Of a stretch of 64,000 nucleotides of DNA, positions 9,597 to 18,916 are shown piece by piece. The stretch comes from a virus. Taxonomy: Duplodnaviria > Caudoviricetes. Where the stretch lies: IMG/VR virus record IMGVR_UViG_3300032265_002598, positions 137,068-201,067 of that record. One strand, 5' to 3'. The notes below the pieces were generated by a model. It made no database searches. It had not been told where the DNA came from and saw nothing but the letters and a program-made list of their open reading frames with translations. The position numbers and the translations under genes were made by a program. The stretch's first letter is position 1. Every line of letters begins with the position of its first letter.

Positions 9597-10601
9597 TCAC
9601 CAGTCAGAATGTTTGAATTTCAACATAACTTGCTTTATAGCCATCCACATATCTAAATATTGGTAAGTGGCTAATCTTCCTAGAAAAATAGTATTCTGTT
9701 CATTTTTAGATAATTGAATATATTTCTTTGCTATCTCAACACCGTCACCAAATGGTATTGGGTAGTAAGGAATATTATTTTGGTTATATTTAACTGGATA
9801 TTCTTCAGTAATAACTGTTGTGGACTGAGAATGATTATGTTGCAAGTAGCTGTGGTCGTATTTTCTAGTATATTCTACAATATTATTATTTTGATTCTCT
9901 ATAAAATATGGCATTTTTTTGTCTGTAACTGTGTGCTTAAATTCTAATGATCTATATGGAAGCTCGCCGTAGATATAATCATAGTATTCATCTATCTTAC
10001 CAGTATATACAGTAAGATCAGTATTAAAATTTTTCCAGTCTTCATTGGAGCATGATAGTCTGATATCAAACCCTTTAAGCATATTTCCCATCATTTTAGT
10101 ATATCCGTGTTTAGGCAAACACTGATACTTTTGTCCCTCAAACCAAGTAGGATCTTCACAATCTTTTGTTTTGGGTATTCTGTTTGTTATAGTTCGTGGT
10201 ATAGAATCAAAAGGAACGCCCCATTGTTTTTCTGAGTAATCTTTAAAAATAAACTCTAATATTTCTTCTTGTGACAGCTCTCTACCAATTTCTTTCTTTG
10301 TTTTTTTACTATATGGTAAAGAAATAAGACCTAATTTGGAATTGCCTTTTGGTTGCAACTTAAATGGAATCCAATCTGTATATCTGCTAAGAAACTCAAA
10401 TACTTCATCATCATCTGTATGAAATATATGTGGACCATAATTATGAATCATTGTTCCACATAAATTACTATCAAAACAGTTGCCACCAATATGATTTCTT
10501 TTATCAAAAATAGTGACACTATATCCTCTTTCTTTTAATAAAATAGCAGAGGTTATACCAGATAATCCGCAACCTATCACTTTAGCTTTTTGTGTTGTCA
10601 T
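9597..10601 (-). CDS. glf: UDP-galactopyranose mutase
   Basis: GCGLSG FAD motif, RNHIGGNC, HNYGPHIFHT, ELPYRSL, EPYYP-like NIPYYP, GRLATYQYLDM. Confidence 0.92.
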   Translation of the reverse strand: MTTQKAKVIGCGLSGITSAILLKERGYSVTIFDKRNHIGGNCFDSNLCGTMIHNYGPHIFHTDDDEVFEFLSRYTDWIPFKLQPKGNSKLGLISLPYSKKTKKEIGRELSQEEILEFIFKDYSEKQWGVPFDSIPRTITNRIPKTKDCEDPTWFEGQKYQCLPKHGYTKMMGNMLKGFDIRLSCSNEDWKNFNTDLTVYTGKIDEYYDYIYGELPYRSLEFKHTVTDKKMPYFIENQNNNIVEYTRKYDHSYLQHNHSQSTTVITEEYPVKYNQNNIPYYPIPFGDGVEIAKKYIQLSKNEQNTIFLGRLATYQYLDMWMAIKQVMLKFKHSDW

Positions 10602-11430
10602 CGTGTGTATTTTTGTTTTGGAAGGATAAAAGAATATTATAGATTTTTTCGTATGCTGCTTCTTTAGTTAAATATTCTAGGGCAAACTTTTTTTGTTCTT
10701 GTTTGATATATTTTTGTATCTCAAGATCATTTTCGATAATATTATAGTTTTGTTCTAAGTCGCTAAGATCTTCTTTAATAGGAACATAGTGTTTCCAAGG
10801 AATAAAAAATTCATGCCACCATTCTTTATAAGGATTATCTACTATAAAAACAATTCTCGGAGAAGATACTAATATTTTTAATCTAGCAGAATATCCTGCT
10901 CCTTCAATATCTAATAAATATTTCCATTTATTTATTTGTTCTTGAAAAGATAAATATTTTGAAGTATTTTTCCATAAATTATCTGGATCTTCACGATTCC
11001 ATTCTAATGTAATAGCTTCGGTCAAAGGAGTATTTTGGTATTGATCAATATAAATTCTTCTCTTTTCTCCTGTAATAGCTCCTATCCATCCTATTTTGTT
11101 GCTTAATGGAATAGTATCTTCAAAAGAATTGATTAATTCGTGATAGTTTTGAATATTACAAGCTGGCCAAGAATCGTAAGCAAAACAAGGAAATGTTTTT
11201 TGGTAATTTTGTGTTACAGTTGAAAAAGAAAAGTTTTCGCTATCGGATGGACGATCACCTGTCCATATAGACATCTCAAATTCTTTTCCAGGATAATTAT
11301 TATATTTTTTAATACCATAACGAACAGAATTATAAATCAGATCTCTTACGGATTCTCCTCTGTTTTCATAATTATTAAAAAGTCTTGTTTCTATTTTTTG
11401 AAGATCTTGTGATACTAAAACTAATCCCAT
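10582..11430 (-). CDS. Glycosyltransferase family 90 (CAP10/POGLUT-like)
   Basis: KWKYLLDIEGAGYSARLKIL and FIPWKHYVPIKEDLSDL match the GT90 C-terminal signature. Confidence 0.8.
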   Translation of the reverse strand: MGLVLVSQDLQKIETRLFNNYENRGESVRDLIYNSVRYGIKKYNNYPGKEFEMSIWTGDRPSDSENFSFSTVTQNYQKTFPCFAYDSWPACNIQNYHELINSFEDTIPLSNKIGWIGAITGEKRRIYIDQYQNTPLTEAITLEWNREDPDNLWKNTSKYLSFQEQINKWKYLLDIEGAGYSARLKILVSSPRIVFIVDNPYKEWWHEFFIPWKHYVPIKEDLSDLEQNYNIIENDLEIQKYIKQEQKKFALEYLTKEAAYEKIYNILLSFQNKNTHDDNTKS

Positions 11431-11433
11431 TAT

Positions 11434-12111
11434 TTATACCTTAAAATTATGAATAATTGTGGCATTCATATCTGCATCTACAAATTCATTGTTTACTACA
11501 TGCATAGGAATATTTGATACTTCCTCCCAATGACCAAAAGAAAGTCCTGCTATTCGTCCAATTAAAGTTAAAATCATATCCATAAAATAATTTTGTGGAA
11601 ATTTATCAAATAATTCTTGAAATAAACCAAAAAGATTTTTTTCTTTAATAGTAGTGAAATACTTATTAGAAAAAATAGTTCCACCACACCCAGTATGTAT
11701 TCTAGGATTTCCAATATTTAATGCATCATATAGAGCAAACTCTTTTGGTCCACAAGGATTATTTGGGCCAGCTATGTCAAATTTTGGCTCTATAGTAATA
11801 GTTCTATTTGTTAATACATCTGTTTCTAGTAATAGTGTATGTGTAAAATTCTCGTTTAATCCAAAATCAAAAAAATAATCAGCGAATTTTGGTCCGAATG
11901 AACCTCTGCCGCAATGTGTTTTTTTATGCCAGAGATCCGGTGCATCTATAAATTCAATATTAGAAATATGAGATAGTAATGATTTTGGAGAATCTCCACC
12001 AGCATTTATTACTCTAATAGGTATAATAGGATTGTGTTTTCTAAAATTTTCTAGAGTAAATTTGGCTCTAGCAAAATCATTACGCATAAATAATATTGTT
12101 TGAATTTTCAT
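11434..12111 (-). CDS. Putative GT-A-fold glycosyltransferase
   Basis: LLLETDVL (DxD-like), GCGGTIF; lies inside the glycosylation cluster. Confidence 0.55.
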   Translation of the reverse strand: MKIQTILFMRNDFARAKFTLENFRKHNPIIPIRVINAGGDSPKSLLSHISNIEFIDAPDLWHKKTHCGRGSFGPKFADYFFDFGLNENFTHTLLLETDVLTNRTITIEPKFDIAGPNNPCGPKEFALYDALNIGNPRIHTGCGGTIFSNKYFTTIKEKNLFGLFQELFDKFPQNYFMDMILTLIGRIAGLSFGHWEEVSNIPMHVVNNEFVDADMNATIIHNFKV

Positions 12112-13028
12112 AAGTAGCTCTCATATTTTTTTAATATCTCTTTCCAATCAAATGTTTGAGCATATTCTTTTATTATATTTCTAGATATATTAGAACATAA
12201 TTCTCTATTTTTGATGATAGTACTTTTTACTATTTCTTCGTTATCAATTTGATCTTGAGGTATCATAGAAATAAAAGGTTGTGATAGATTTAAATTTTGT
12301 GCAGCGACTTCTGATACTACTAGTCCGAGACCGGCAGATAAAGCCTCTAAACAAACTAATGGATGTAACTCTGATACTGATAATAATACTAAGTTAGTAT
12401 AATTAGTCAACTGATTAAATACCATAGTACGATCCCATAACCCCAAATAATTATCATCTAGTGGATTAAATTCTGCTATAGTATTTTGTCCGGCAAAACA
12501 AATACCACAATCCAATGACTGCAAAAAAGCCTGTCTTTTTCTTTGATCTATTTTTCCTAAACAAATACTTTTATCTTTAAATTTTGGCTTATCAGTAATT
12601 CTAAATTGACCATTATCTACTCCGTTAGGTAGTATTTTTATTTTAGAATTATCAACTCCATTATCTAATAGAAGTTGCTTTTCCCATGATGTTAACATAA
12701 AAAAATTGCAATCTTTAAAAAAACTTCTGATTAAATTTTTATGAAAAGATTGAGAATATAAAAATCCGCCATCATGAGATGTTACTATTTTTTTACAATC
12801 TAAATAAGGCATAATCTGCCAATGTTTACCATAATGCAAATGAACGATGTCCGGTTTCGTTTGCAAAACTTTTTGGTATGTTTCATTGGTGTCTTTTTCA
12901 TTAACAATAGTAACAGTATGTCCCATTTTTTGCAAATTGATGTATTGATTCCAAACAACTGTTTCTAGTGCTCCCCAACCACTAGGAGGAATACTAATTT
13001 CTCCAGGACCAACAAAAGTAATTTTCAT
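12108..13028 (-). CDS. GT4-family (GT-B) glycosyltransferase
   Basis: IPPSGWGALE, PDIVHLH, ILPNGVD, ELHPLVCLEALSAG (Ex7E). Confidence 0.85.
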   Translation of the reverse strand: MKITFVGPGEISIPPSGWGALETVVWNQYINLQKMGHTVTIVNEKDTNETYQKVLQTKPDIVHLHYGKHWQIMPYLDCKKIVTSHDGGFLYSQSFHKNLIRSFFKDCNFFMLTSWEKQLLLDNGVDNSKIKILPNGVDNGQFRITDKPKFKDKSICLGKIDQRKRQAFLQSLDCGICFAGQNTIAEFNPLDDNYLGLWDRTMVFNQLTNYTNLVLLSVSELHPLVCLEALSAGLGLVVSEVAAQNLNLSQPFISMIPQDQIDNEEIVKSTIIKNRELCSNISRNIIKEYAQTFDWKEILKKYESYL

Positions 13029-13037
13029 AAATGAGTC

Positions 13038-13793
13038 CTATTTATGGATAAAATAAACATCTTGTCTATCTATTTCGTATTTTTTAAAATTACTAGTAAA
13101 AGGCTCACCAATTAATAGTTTTTTATTAGATAGTAAATGTCTGAATACATATTGACCTACCCACATATCAGCATTAAAATATTCATATCTCATATCTTCT
13201 CTTGCTTGACAGAATGTTTTTAAAAATTCAAGCATATTATCATATGAACCTCCTATAACCCCCATATTAATTAAATCCCATTCTTTAGCATTTTCTGTAA
13301 AGAACTGTAGATTATCCCATTTAAGATCTCTATGAATCCAGAGATATGGGAATTCAGACAGTTTAATGCTGTCTTTACAAATAAAATAGTCTATATTAGA
13401 AAAATCTTTTAATACTTGAGAAGGATCCTTTACAACTGTAACATCTGAACCATCGGTCAAAAAAACAGAATCAAATTTATTAGCTAATAGATATTTTTTA
13501 TAAACAAAGAATCTCCAGTCATTATTTGAGTATTCTGATGGTGCAGCATAAATGAATTTTATTTTATCTGTTTCATATGTTCTCAAAAATTCATCAGATA
13601 AATTATCATAAAAAATTCTAGCTTCTAATCCGAGAGAAACGACAGAGTTATACCAGTTTTTAATATAGTCAAAATTATTCTGTAATACTCTTCCATCCTT
13701 GTCTCGTCCCACTACGGCATCGTCAGAGGGATCATTAGGATGTTTTTTTTGTGAAAAATAAGTAGTAAATATTACTGATTTATTCATTGTCAT
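13038..13793 (-). CDS. Putative GT-A-fold glycosyltransferase
   Basis: VFLTDGSDV, LINMGVIGG, NADM; cluster context. Confidence 0.5.
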   Translation of the reverse strand: MTMNKSVIFTTYFSQKKHPNDPSDDAVVGRDKDGRVLQNNFDYIKNWYNSVVSLGLEARIFYDNLSDEFLRTYETDKIKFIYAAPSEYSNNDWRFFVYKKYLLANKFDSVFLTDGSDVTVVKDPSQVLKDFSNIDYFICKDSIKLSEFPYLWIHRDLKWDNLQFFTENAKEWDLINMGVIGGSYDNMLEFLKTFCQAREDMRYEYFNADMWVGQYVFRHLLSNKKLLIGEPFTSNFKKYEIDRQDVYFIHK

Positions 13794-14652
13794 CTTGTTT
13801 TGTCATTTCTGATGATAAAGAGGTATAAAAAATTTGATTAATTTGTTCCATTTTTTCTATTTGTTCTTTAGCTATTTTATTGCAAGTCTCAGGAGAAACG
13901 TTGGATAAATCTAAAACTGCTTTTGGTTTACAATCTGGTATCATTACTATATTGCCAAATTTAGAAATTTCAGAACAGAAATTAACATATTCAGGTTGAC
14001 CAACAGTTGACCAGAAACATTGTTTTAACACTGGTGTTCTGATCAAACTAAATCCACCATGACCAGCACTTATAGAAATGGGAGAATTTTTATTCCAAGC
14101 TTCTCTATCTTCTTTTAGCAAGAATGGGCAGTCTGTGAATGGTAATCCATGATGAAAATATTTATCTCTAAATGTTAATATATCATAAAAGCTATCTTCT
14201 GTAACTTCTTCCATAAGATCTTTAGTTTGAAAATCTCGTGTATTGGCAACTAACATTACTGCCATAGGAATAGTTTTAGCTTTTTCAAATAATCTTATAA
14301 AATCTATATGATCAAATACAACGTCTGTGTTAAGTAATAGAGTGTATTCTGTCTCAGCCATTGTTAGCTGATTTAATTTATTTCTACAGTATGAAGATAG
14401 TATAAATCTATGTAAAGGCTCCAAACTTTCTAGTTTGGGAACCCCAAGATCTTCATGTATTAATTCTCCAGATTTATTTTCAAGCCATTTTTTTAATATT
14501 TGTTGAGTATTATCTGATGAATCATTTTCGTAAAAATAAAAATTGAACTTGAAATTTTCTAGATTTGATAATTTTTCTAAACACGCAAGCGTTCTTTCTA
14601 TATAAGCTTCTGAATCTCTCCATATTCCACAAACATTAATTTCTGTAACCAT
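13780..14652 (-). CDS. Putative glycosyltransferase (CAP59/Anp1-like GT-A)
   Basis: GIWRDSE, FYFYENDSSDNT, YCRNK, LLLNTDVVF, SAGHGGFSLIR. Confidence 0.6.
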   Translation of the reverse strand: MVTEINVCGIWRDSEAYIERTLACLEKLSNLENFKFNFYFYENDSSDNTQQILKKWLENKSGELIHEDLGVPKLESLEPLHRFILSSYCRNKLNQLTMAETEYTLLLNTDVVFDHIDFIRLFEKAKTIPMAVMLVANTRDFQTKDLMEEVTEDSFYDILTFRDKYFHHGLPFTDCPFLLKEDREAWNKNSPISISAGHGGFSLIRTPVLKQCFWSTVGQPEYVNFCSEISKFGNIVMIPDCKPKAVLDLSNVSPETCNKIAKEQIEKMEQINQIFYTSLSSEMTKQDDNE

Positions 14653-14660
14653 ATTTTTCC

Positions 14661-15125
14661 TTAAACTTTAAGATTATTAATCCACGATAGGTCTGGGTTT
14701 ATATATTCAATAGTCATTCCACTCATTTTAATAAATAGGTCAAATCTTTTCTTTTGTTCTTCATCAAAAAGATGAGTTCCATGATTTTCTCTCATGTAGA
14801 CTTTTGTTATTCCTTCTTGCCATAAAGCCATTATGCAATCATTGCAGGATTGACCTGTAACATATGCTATTCCATTTTCGGGTCTGATTGTACAATTAGA
14901 TAGAGCATTACGTTCTGCATGAATCATCCAAGGATACTTTTCTGGTCGAATATTAGGTAGTTTACTATCATCAAGTCCTTTAGGAAAACCGTTATATCCT
15001 AATCCTAAAATCCTATTATGATGATCTGTTATAACACAGCCATGTTGGGTTTGTATGTCATGGCTACGAACAGCCACGGCATGTGCTAATCCTATAAAAT
15101 ATTCTTGCCAGTTTGGTCTAAACAT
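14661..15125 (-). CDS. dCMP deaminase
   Basis: RSHD..TQHGCVI, GYNGFP, HAERNAL, SCNDC Zn motif. Confidence 0.9.
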   Translation of the reverse strand: MFRPNWQEYFIGLAHAVAVRSHDIQTQHGCVITDHHNRILGLGYNGFPKGLDDSKLPNIRPEKYPWMIHAERNALSNCTIRPENGIAYVTGQSCNDCIMALWQEGITKVYMRENHGTHLFDEEQKKRFDLFIKMSGMTIEYINPDLSWINNLKV

Positions 15126-15155
15126 AACTGTATGATAGATAATTTTTTCATCTGG

Positions 15156-18100
15156 TCAAGATTTACATTCGGTTAAGGTGCCATCTTCGGTAATTGTTCC
15201 TATAACTTGGGAGAATGTATCATAACAAGATCCTGATATAAAAATAGCATCACCACTAACTAAATGATAGTTTTGTCCAGAAATAAATGTAGCATTTCCA
15301 ATAACTGTACCTTTATTTTTACTAAATTCAAATGTAGTATTATGATTTGTAGCTATTCCTTTGTTAGTAGAATTTATAAATAAACTATCAGAATTAGTAT
15401 TAATAATATTTTTGTTTTCAGAATTATCAAAAATGCCACCACCATTTTCAATTGAACCATTGTTTATGCTATAATAAAAAATGTAATCTCCAAAAATATA
15501 TCCATGATCACTTTGAAGAATATGATCATTGCTCCAAATATATGTTTTTGTTCCAACTCTTTGTATAATAGGAATAGGATAAATTGGATATGGTGGAACG
15601 TATTCTATTCTTTCTATAGTATCAGAATTATCATTAGTAGAACTCAAAAAAAGAGTTTTACCTGTAATAAAATGAGAATTTTTTGAGTTAGAAAATATTG
15701 ATACTCCATTGATTGTGCCTTTATTTGTTGAATTAATAAAAACAGTAGAACAAATATTATCTTGTATAAATCCAGAAACATATGGTTGCCTATAAAAATA
15801 AAGTATTGTTGGATCTATATTATTTTTAATATCATCATTTCTACCATTAATAATATTTCCATAATTAATTGAATTATCACCAAAAGAACAAAGTCCATTT
15901 AATGTTGCTAAATAAGCATTAATAGAATTACCAAAAGAAGATGGACCATCTATATTTCCAAAATTTATACTTTTATTGAAACTTCCTCCATTTGCAAGAT
16001 AGCCACCATAATTTGTGCTTTGATTAAAAAATCCAGTATTAGAGATTACACTATTTTTAGTTACAATTTTATTTCGAGCTAAAAATATATCAATATCAAT
16101 ATCACTAGTACGATAACTAAAATAAGATTTTGATGGATTAAAAGCAGCATCTCCAAATAAAGCCCCATCTGTAAAAGTTGCTCCACTAGCAAAAATAGAG
16201 CTTACATATTCAGATTTATCGAAATTTGCTATACCACCAACATTTGATGCGAAACATAAAGAGTTGTTCATGGTAAGATTGCCACCTATATCACCATAAT
16301 TATCTGAATCGGTAAAAATAGCATCTCTAGTTATATCTCCAAAATTAACAGAACCACTAAAATTACCACTACTATTAATATTGTTAAAGTTTTTGGAATT
16401 ATTGAATATTGCAAATGTTGATAATGCACCAAAATTTTTTGAACTATTGATGAAATTCAAAGTTCCGCTAATGCCTAAAATGTTACCAGAATTAATTGAT
16501 CTATCAAATAATCCTAAATCAATAGTTCCATAATTAATAGAGTCTTTAAAATTTACCGTATGTTCGATATTTCCATAGTTTGAACAAATTGCTCCTGTTC
16601 CAGTAGTACCATTAAAAATAGCAGTAATATGATCACTAGGAAAAACTGGATATATAGAAATATTTGCATAATTAATTCCAGTATTTTTAAATATTACCTG
16701 TTTATACCCAAAAATATTTCCTCTATTTATAGTATTATCTTGAAATATTATAGATGGACTTTTATTAAATAAAGTTAAAAAGCTTTCATTAGTTATGTTA
16801 CCAGTATAATAAATAAAAGCATTTGATTGTGCATCATAAACACTATCTATTGTTAATATTCCACTTGAAGTAAATATAAATTTTTCATGTTCTATTGGAG
16901 TCCAATTAAGTTTTCCATTATTTATTCCTGAATTTTTAAAATTTATAGCAACATTTTCTAAAGAAGCATTGTTTATTCCACTATCTAATATTTCTATTTG
17001 ACGAGCACCATATGTAAATTGATCTTGTCCAGAAACAAATGGTCTTCTCATTGAGCTATTATTTATAGAAAAATCATGAAAATTTGCTATTTCTAATACT
17101 CCCAAATTTTGATTTTTTGATCTATGGAAAAAATCACCAGATTGTGCATATCCATAATTAGTAGAATTGTTTAAAAAATATCCACTATGTATTCCAGCCA
17201 TTTTATCATTGAATGCATTATCAAAAAAAACTGCTCCTTTAGCATAGTTTTTATTAATAGAAGAACCCGAAAAGAAAATTAATCTATTATTTAAATATGC
17301 ATAATTAATAGCGTTTTCAAAAAAATTACAACTATAATTTCCAGAAGCATAATTAATAGAGTTTTGTCCAAATTCTGCAAAAAGTCCAATATTAGATCCA
17401 CTCATATTACTAGACTGATTACAAAATATTGCATTTTGTGCTGTAGCTCCAGAAATATTTTGACTATTACCATAAAAAGATCCATATCCAACATCTTTCC
17501 CGTTATGAGAAAAACTTTCAAATCTTCCACTTCCAACTTTTCCACTATTAGCAGATTGACCATAAAATATAGCCCCAGTAGCATTACCCACATTGATTGA
17601 AATATTATTAAAGATACCTAGATTAAAAATATTTCCACTATTTATTGAATCTTTATTAAATATACCAGTAACTAAACTACCACCATTAACACAGCCAGAT
17701 CCAAAAGATGCTATTCCGGTTATTACAGATTTATTAAATGATGCAGAGTCAAAAAAAGTCAAGGCGGCTGGAGCATTTAATTCACTCCAATTAGAAGAAC
17801 CACTAATAAAAGAAATAATTCCAGAATTTCCAATTGATCCACGATTTTCAGAATTATTCGCAAACAAAAAATTTCCAGAACCATCTCCAATATTGTATTG
17901 ATTTTTAGCGAATGTGAATTTAGCTCCACTAATTAATATACCATCATTAATAGCATAATCAAACCAAGAATATTTTTTTAATAATCCTTTGTTCAAAGTA
18001 CCAGAATAAAAAATTGCTGGTTCTAAAATAATTCCTTTGTTGATTGCTCCGCTTACAAAAGTAGTAATTCCAGAAACAACTCCAGCATTAATTGATCCTA

Positions 18101-18899
18101 CACCACTAAAAATTACATCTCCATATATTGTTCCACTATTAATACATCCTTTTGTTCCGGTTGAAGCAAAGAAGATATCTCGACCATATAATTTACCTAT
18201 GTTGAAAGATTCTTGAAATAAAAATGATCCAGTTAAAGAAGCATTATTTACTGATTGATTTTGAAATATAAATTTCCCATTACCGCTTCCTTCAATATTA
18301 CAATTATCTAATAAAAAAGAACCATTATATTGAATTCTATCTCCTACTCCAGAAGAGTCTATTAATATAGAAAATAAATCGCTTTTTTTAGCTTTAAGAG
18401 TTGTAAAATATGGGCTGTTACCATTTAAATTTACTCCGCTTAAGTTTATAGTATTTGATGATATATAAGAATTATTAATAGAAGATTTATTATTTAAAAT
18501 AAAATAATCTAGTCCTTCAAATATTATTTTATTAATATCATTTTTACCTCCAGAAAAAGAATTAATATTCCACTGGCAATATGTATTTGGATACCAATGA
18601 GAAAAAATAATATCGTTTCCTGCAACAACATTCTCAGCAACTAATTCTGCACAAGTAAAGTATCCTCTAGTATTTCCTCCATTACTGACTATTCCTCCTG
18701 TACTTAAAACAATATTAATATTATTGCATTGTAGAAATGGGATTTGAGAATAACATTGAGCATTATCTATTATAGAATAAGCGAAAAAAGAAGAATCGAT
18801 CTCTACCTCATCGATCTGATTTCTTGGAATAGCTATGCTTTGATTACTAAACTTAGCATCTTTCCACCAATGATGAGAATCGCACCACTCAGATGTCAT
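15156..18899 (-). CDS. Large Asn/Gly/Phe-rich beta-solenoid repeat protein (putative tail fibre/adhesin)
   Basis: Dozens of degenerate ~15-16 aa units G-x-F-x-x-x-S-x-N-x-G, e.g. GIFNKDSINSGNIFNL / GIFNNISINVGNAT / GAIFYGQSANSGKVGS. Confidence 0.7.
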   Translation of the reverse strand: MTSEWCDSHHWWKDAKFSNQSIAIPRNQIDEVEIDSSFFAYSIIDNAQCYSQIPFLQCNNINIVLSTGGIVSNGGNTRGYFTCAELVAENVVAGNDIIFSHWYPNTYCQWNINSFSGGKNDINKIIFEGLDYFILNNKSSINNSYISSNTINLSGVNLNGNSPYFTTLKAKKSDLFSILIDSSGVGDRIQYNGSFLLDNCNIEGSGNGKFIFQNQSVNNASLTGSFLFQESFNIGKLYGRDIFFASTGTKGCINSGTIYGDVIFSGVGSINAGVVSGITTFVSGAINKGIILEPAIFYSGTLNKGLLKKYSWFDYAINDGILISGAKFTFAKNQYNIGDGSGNFLFANNSENRGSIGNSGIISFISGSSNWSELNAPAALTFFDSASFNKSVITGIASFGSGCVNGGSLVTGIFNKDSINSGNIFNLGIFNNISINVGNATGAIFYGQSANSGKVGSGRFESFSHNGKDVGYGSFYGNSQNISGATAQNAIFCNQSSNMSGSNIGLFAEFGQNSINYASGNYSCNFFENAINYAYLNNRLIFFSGSSINKNYAKGAVFFDNAFNDKMAGIHSGYFLNNSTNYGYAQSGDFFHRSKNQNLGVLEIANFHDFSINNSSMRRPFVSGQDQFTYGARQIEILDSGINNASLENVAINFKNSGINNGKLNWTPIEHEKFIFTSSGILTIDSVYDAQSNAFIYYTGNITNESFLTLFNKSPSIIFQDNTINRGNIFGYKQVIFKNTGINYANISIYPVFPSDHITAIFNGTTGTGAICSNYGNIEHTVNFKDSINYGTIDLGLFDRSINSGNILGISGTLNFINSSKNFGALSTFAIFNNSKNFNNINSSGNFSGSVNFGDITRDAIFTDSDNYGDIGGNLTMNNSLCFASNVGGIANFDKSEYVSSIFASGATFTDGALFGDAAFNPSKSYFSYRTSDIDIDIFLARNKIVTKNSVISNTGFFNQSTNYGGYLANGGSFNKSINFGNIDGPSSFGNSINAYLATLNGLCSFGDNSINYGNIINGRNDDIKNNIDPTILYFYRQPYVSGFIQDNICSTVFINSTNKGTINGVSIFSNSKNSHFITGKTLFLSSTNDNSDTIERIEYVPPYPIYPIPIIQRVGTKTYIWSNDHILQSDHGYIFGDYIFYYSINNGSIENGGGIFDNSENKNIINTNSDSLFINSTNKGIATNHNTTFEFSKNKGTVIGNATFISGQNYHLVSGDAIFISGSCYDTFSQVIGTITEDGTLTECKS

Positions 18900-18916
18900 A
18901 GTTATATCCTCTCACT

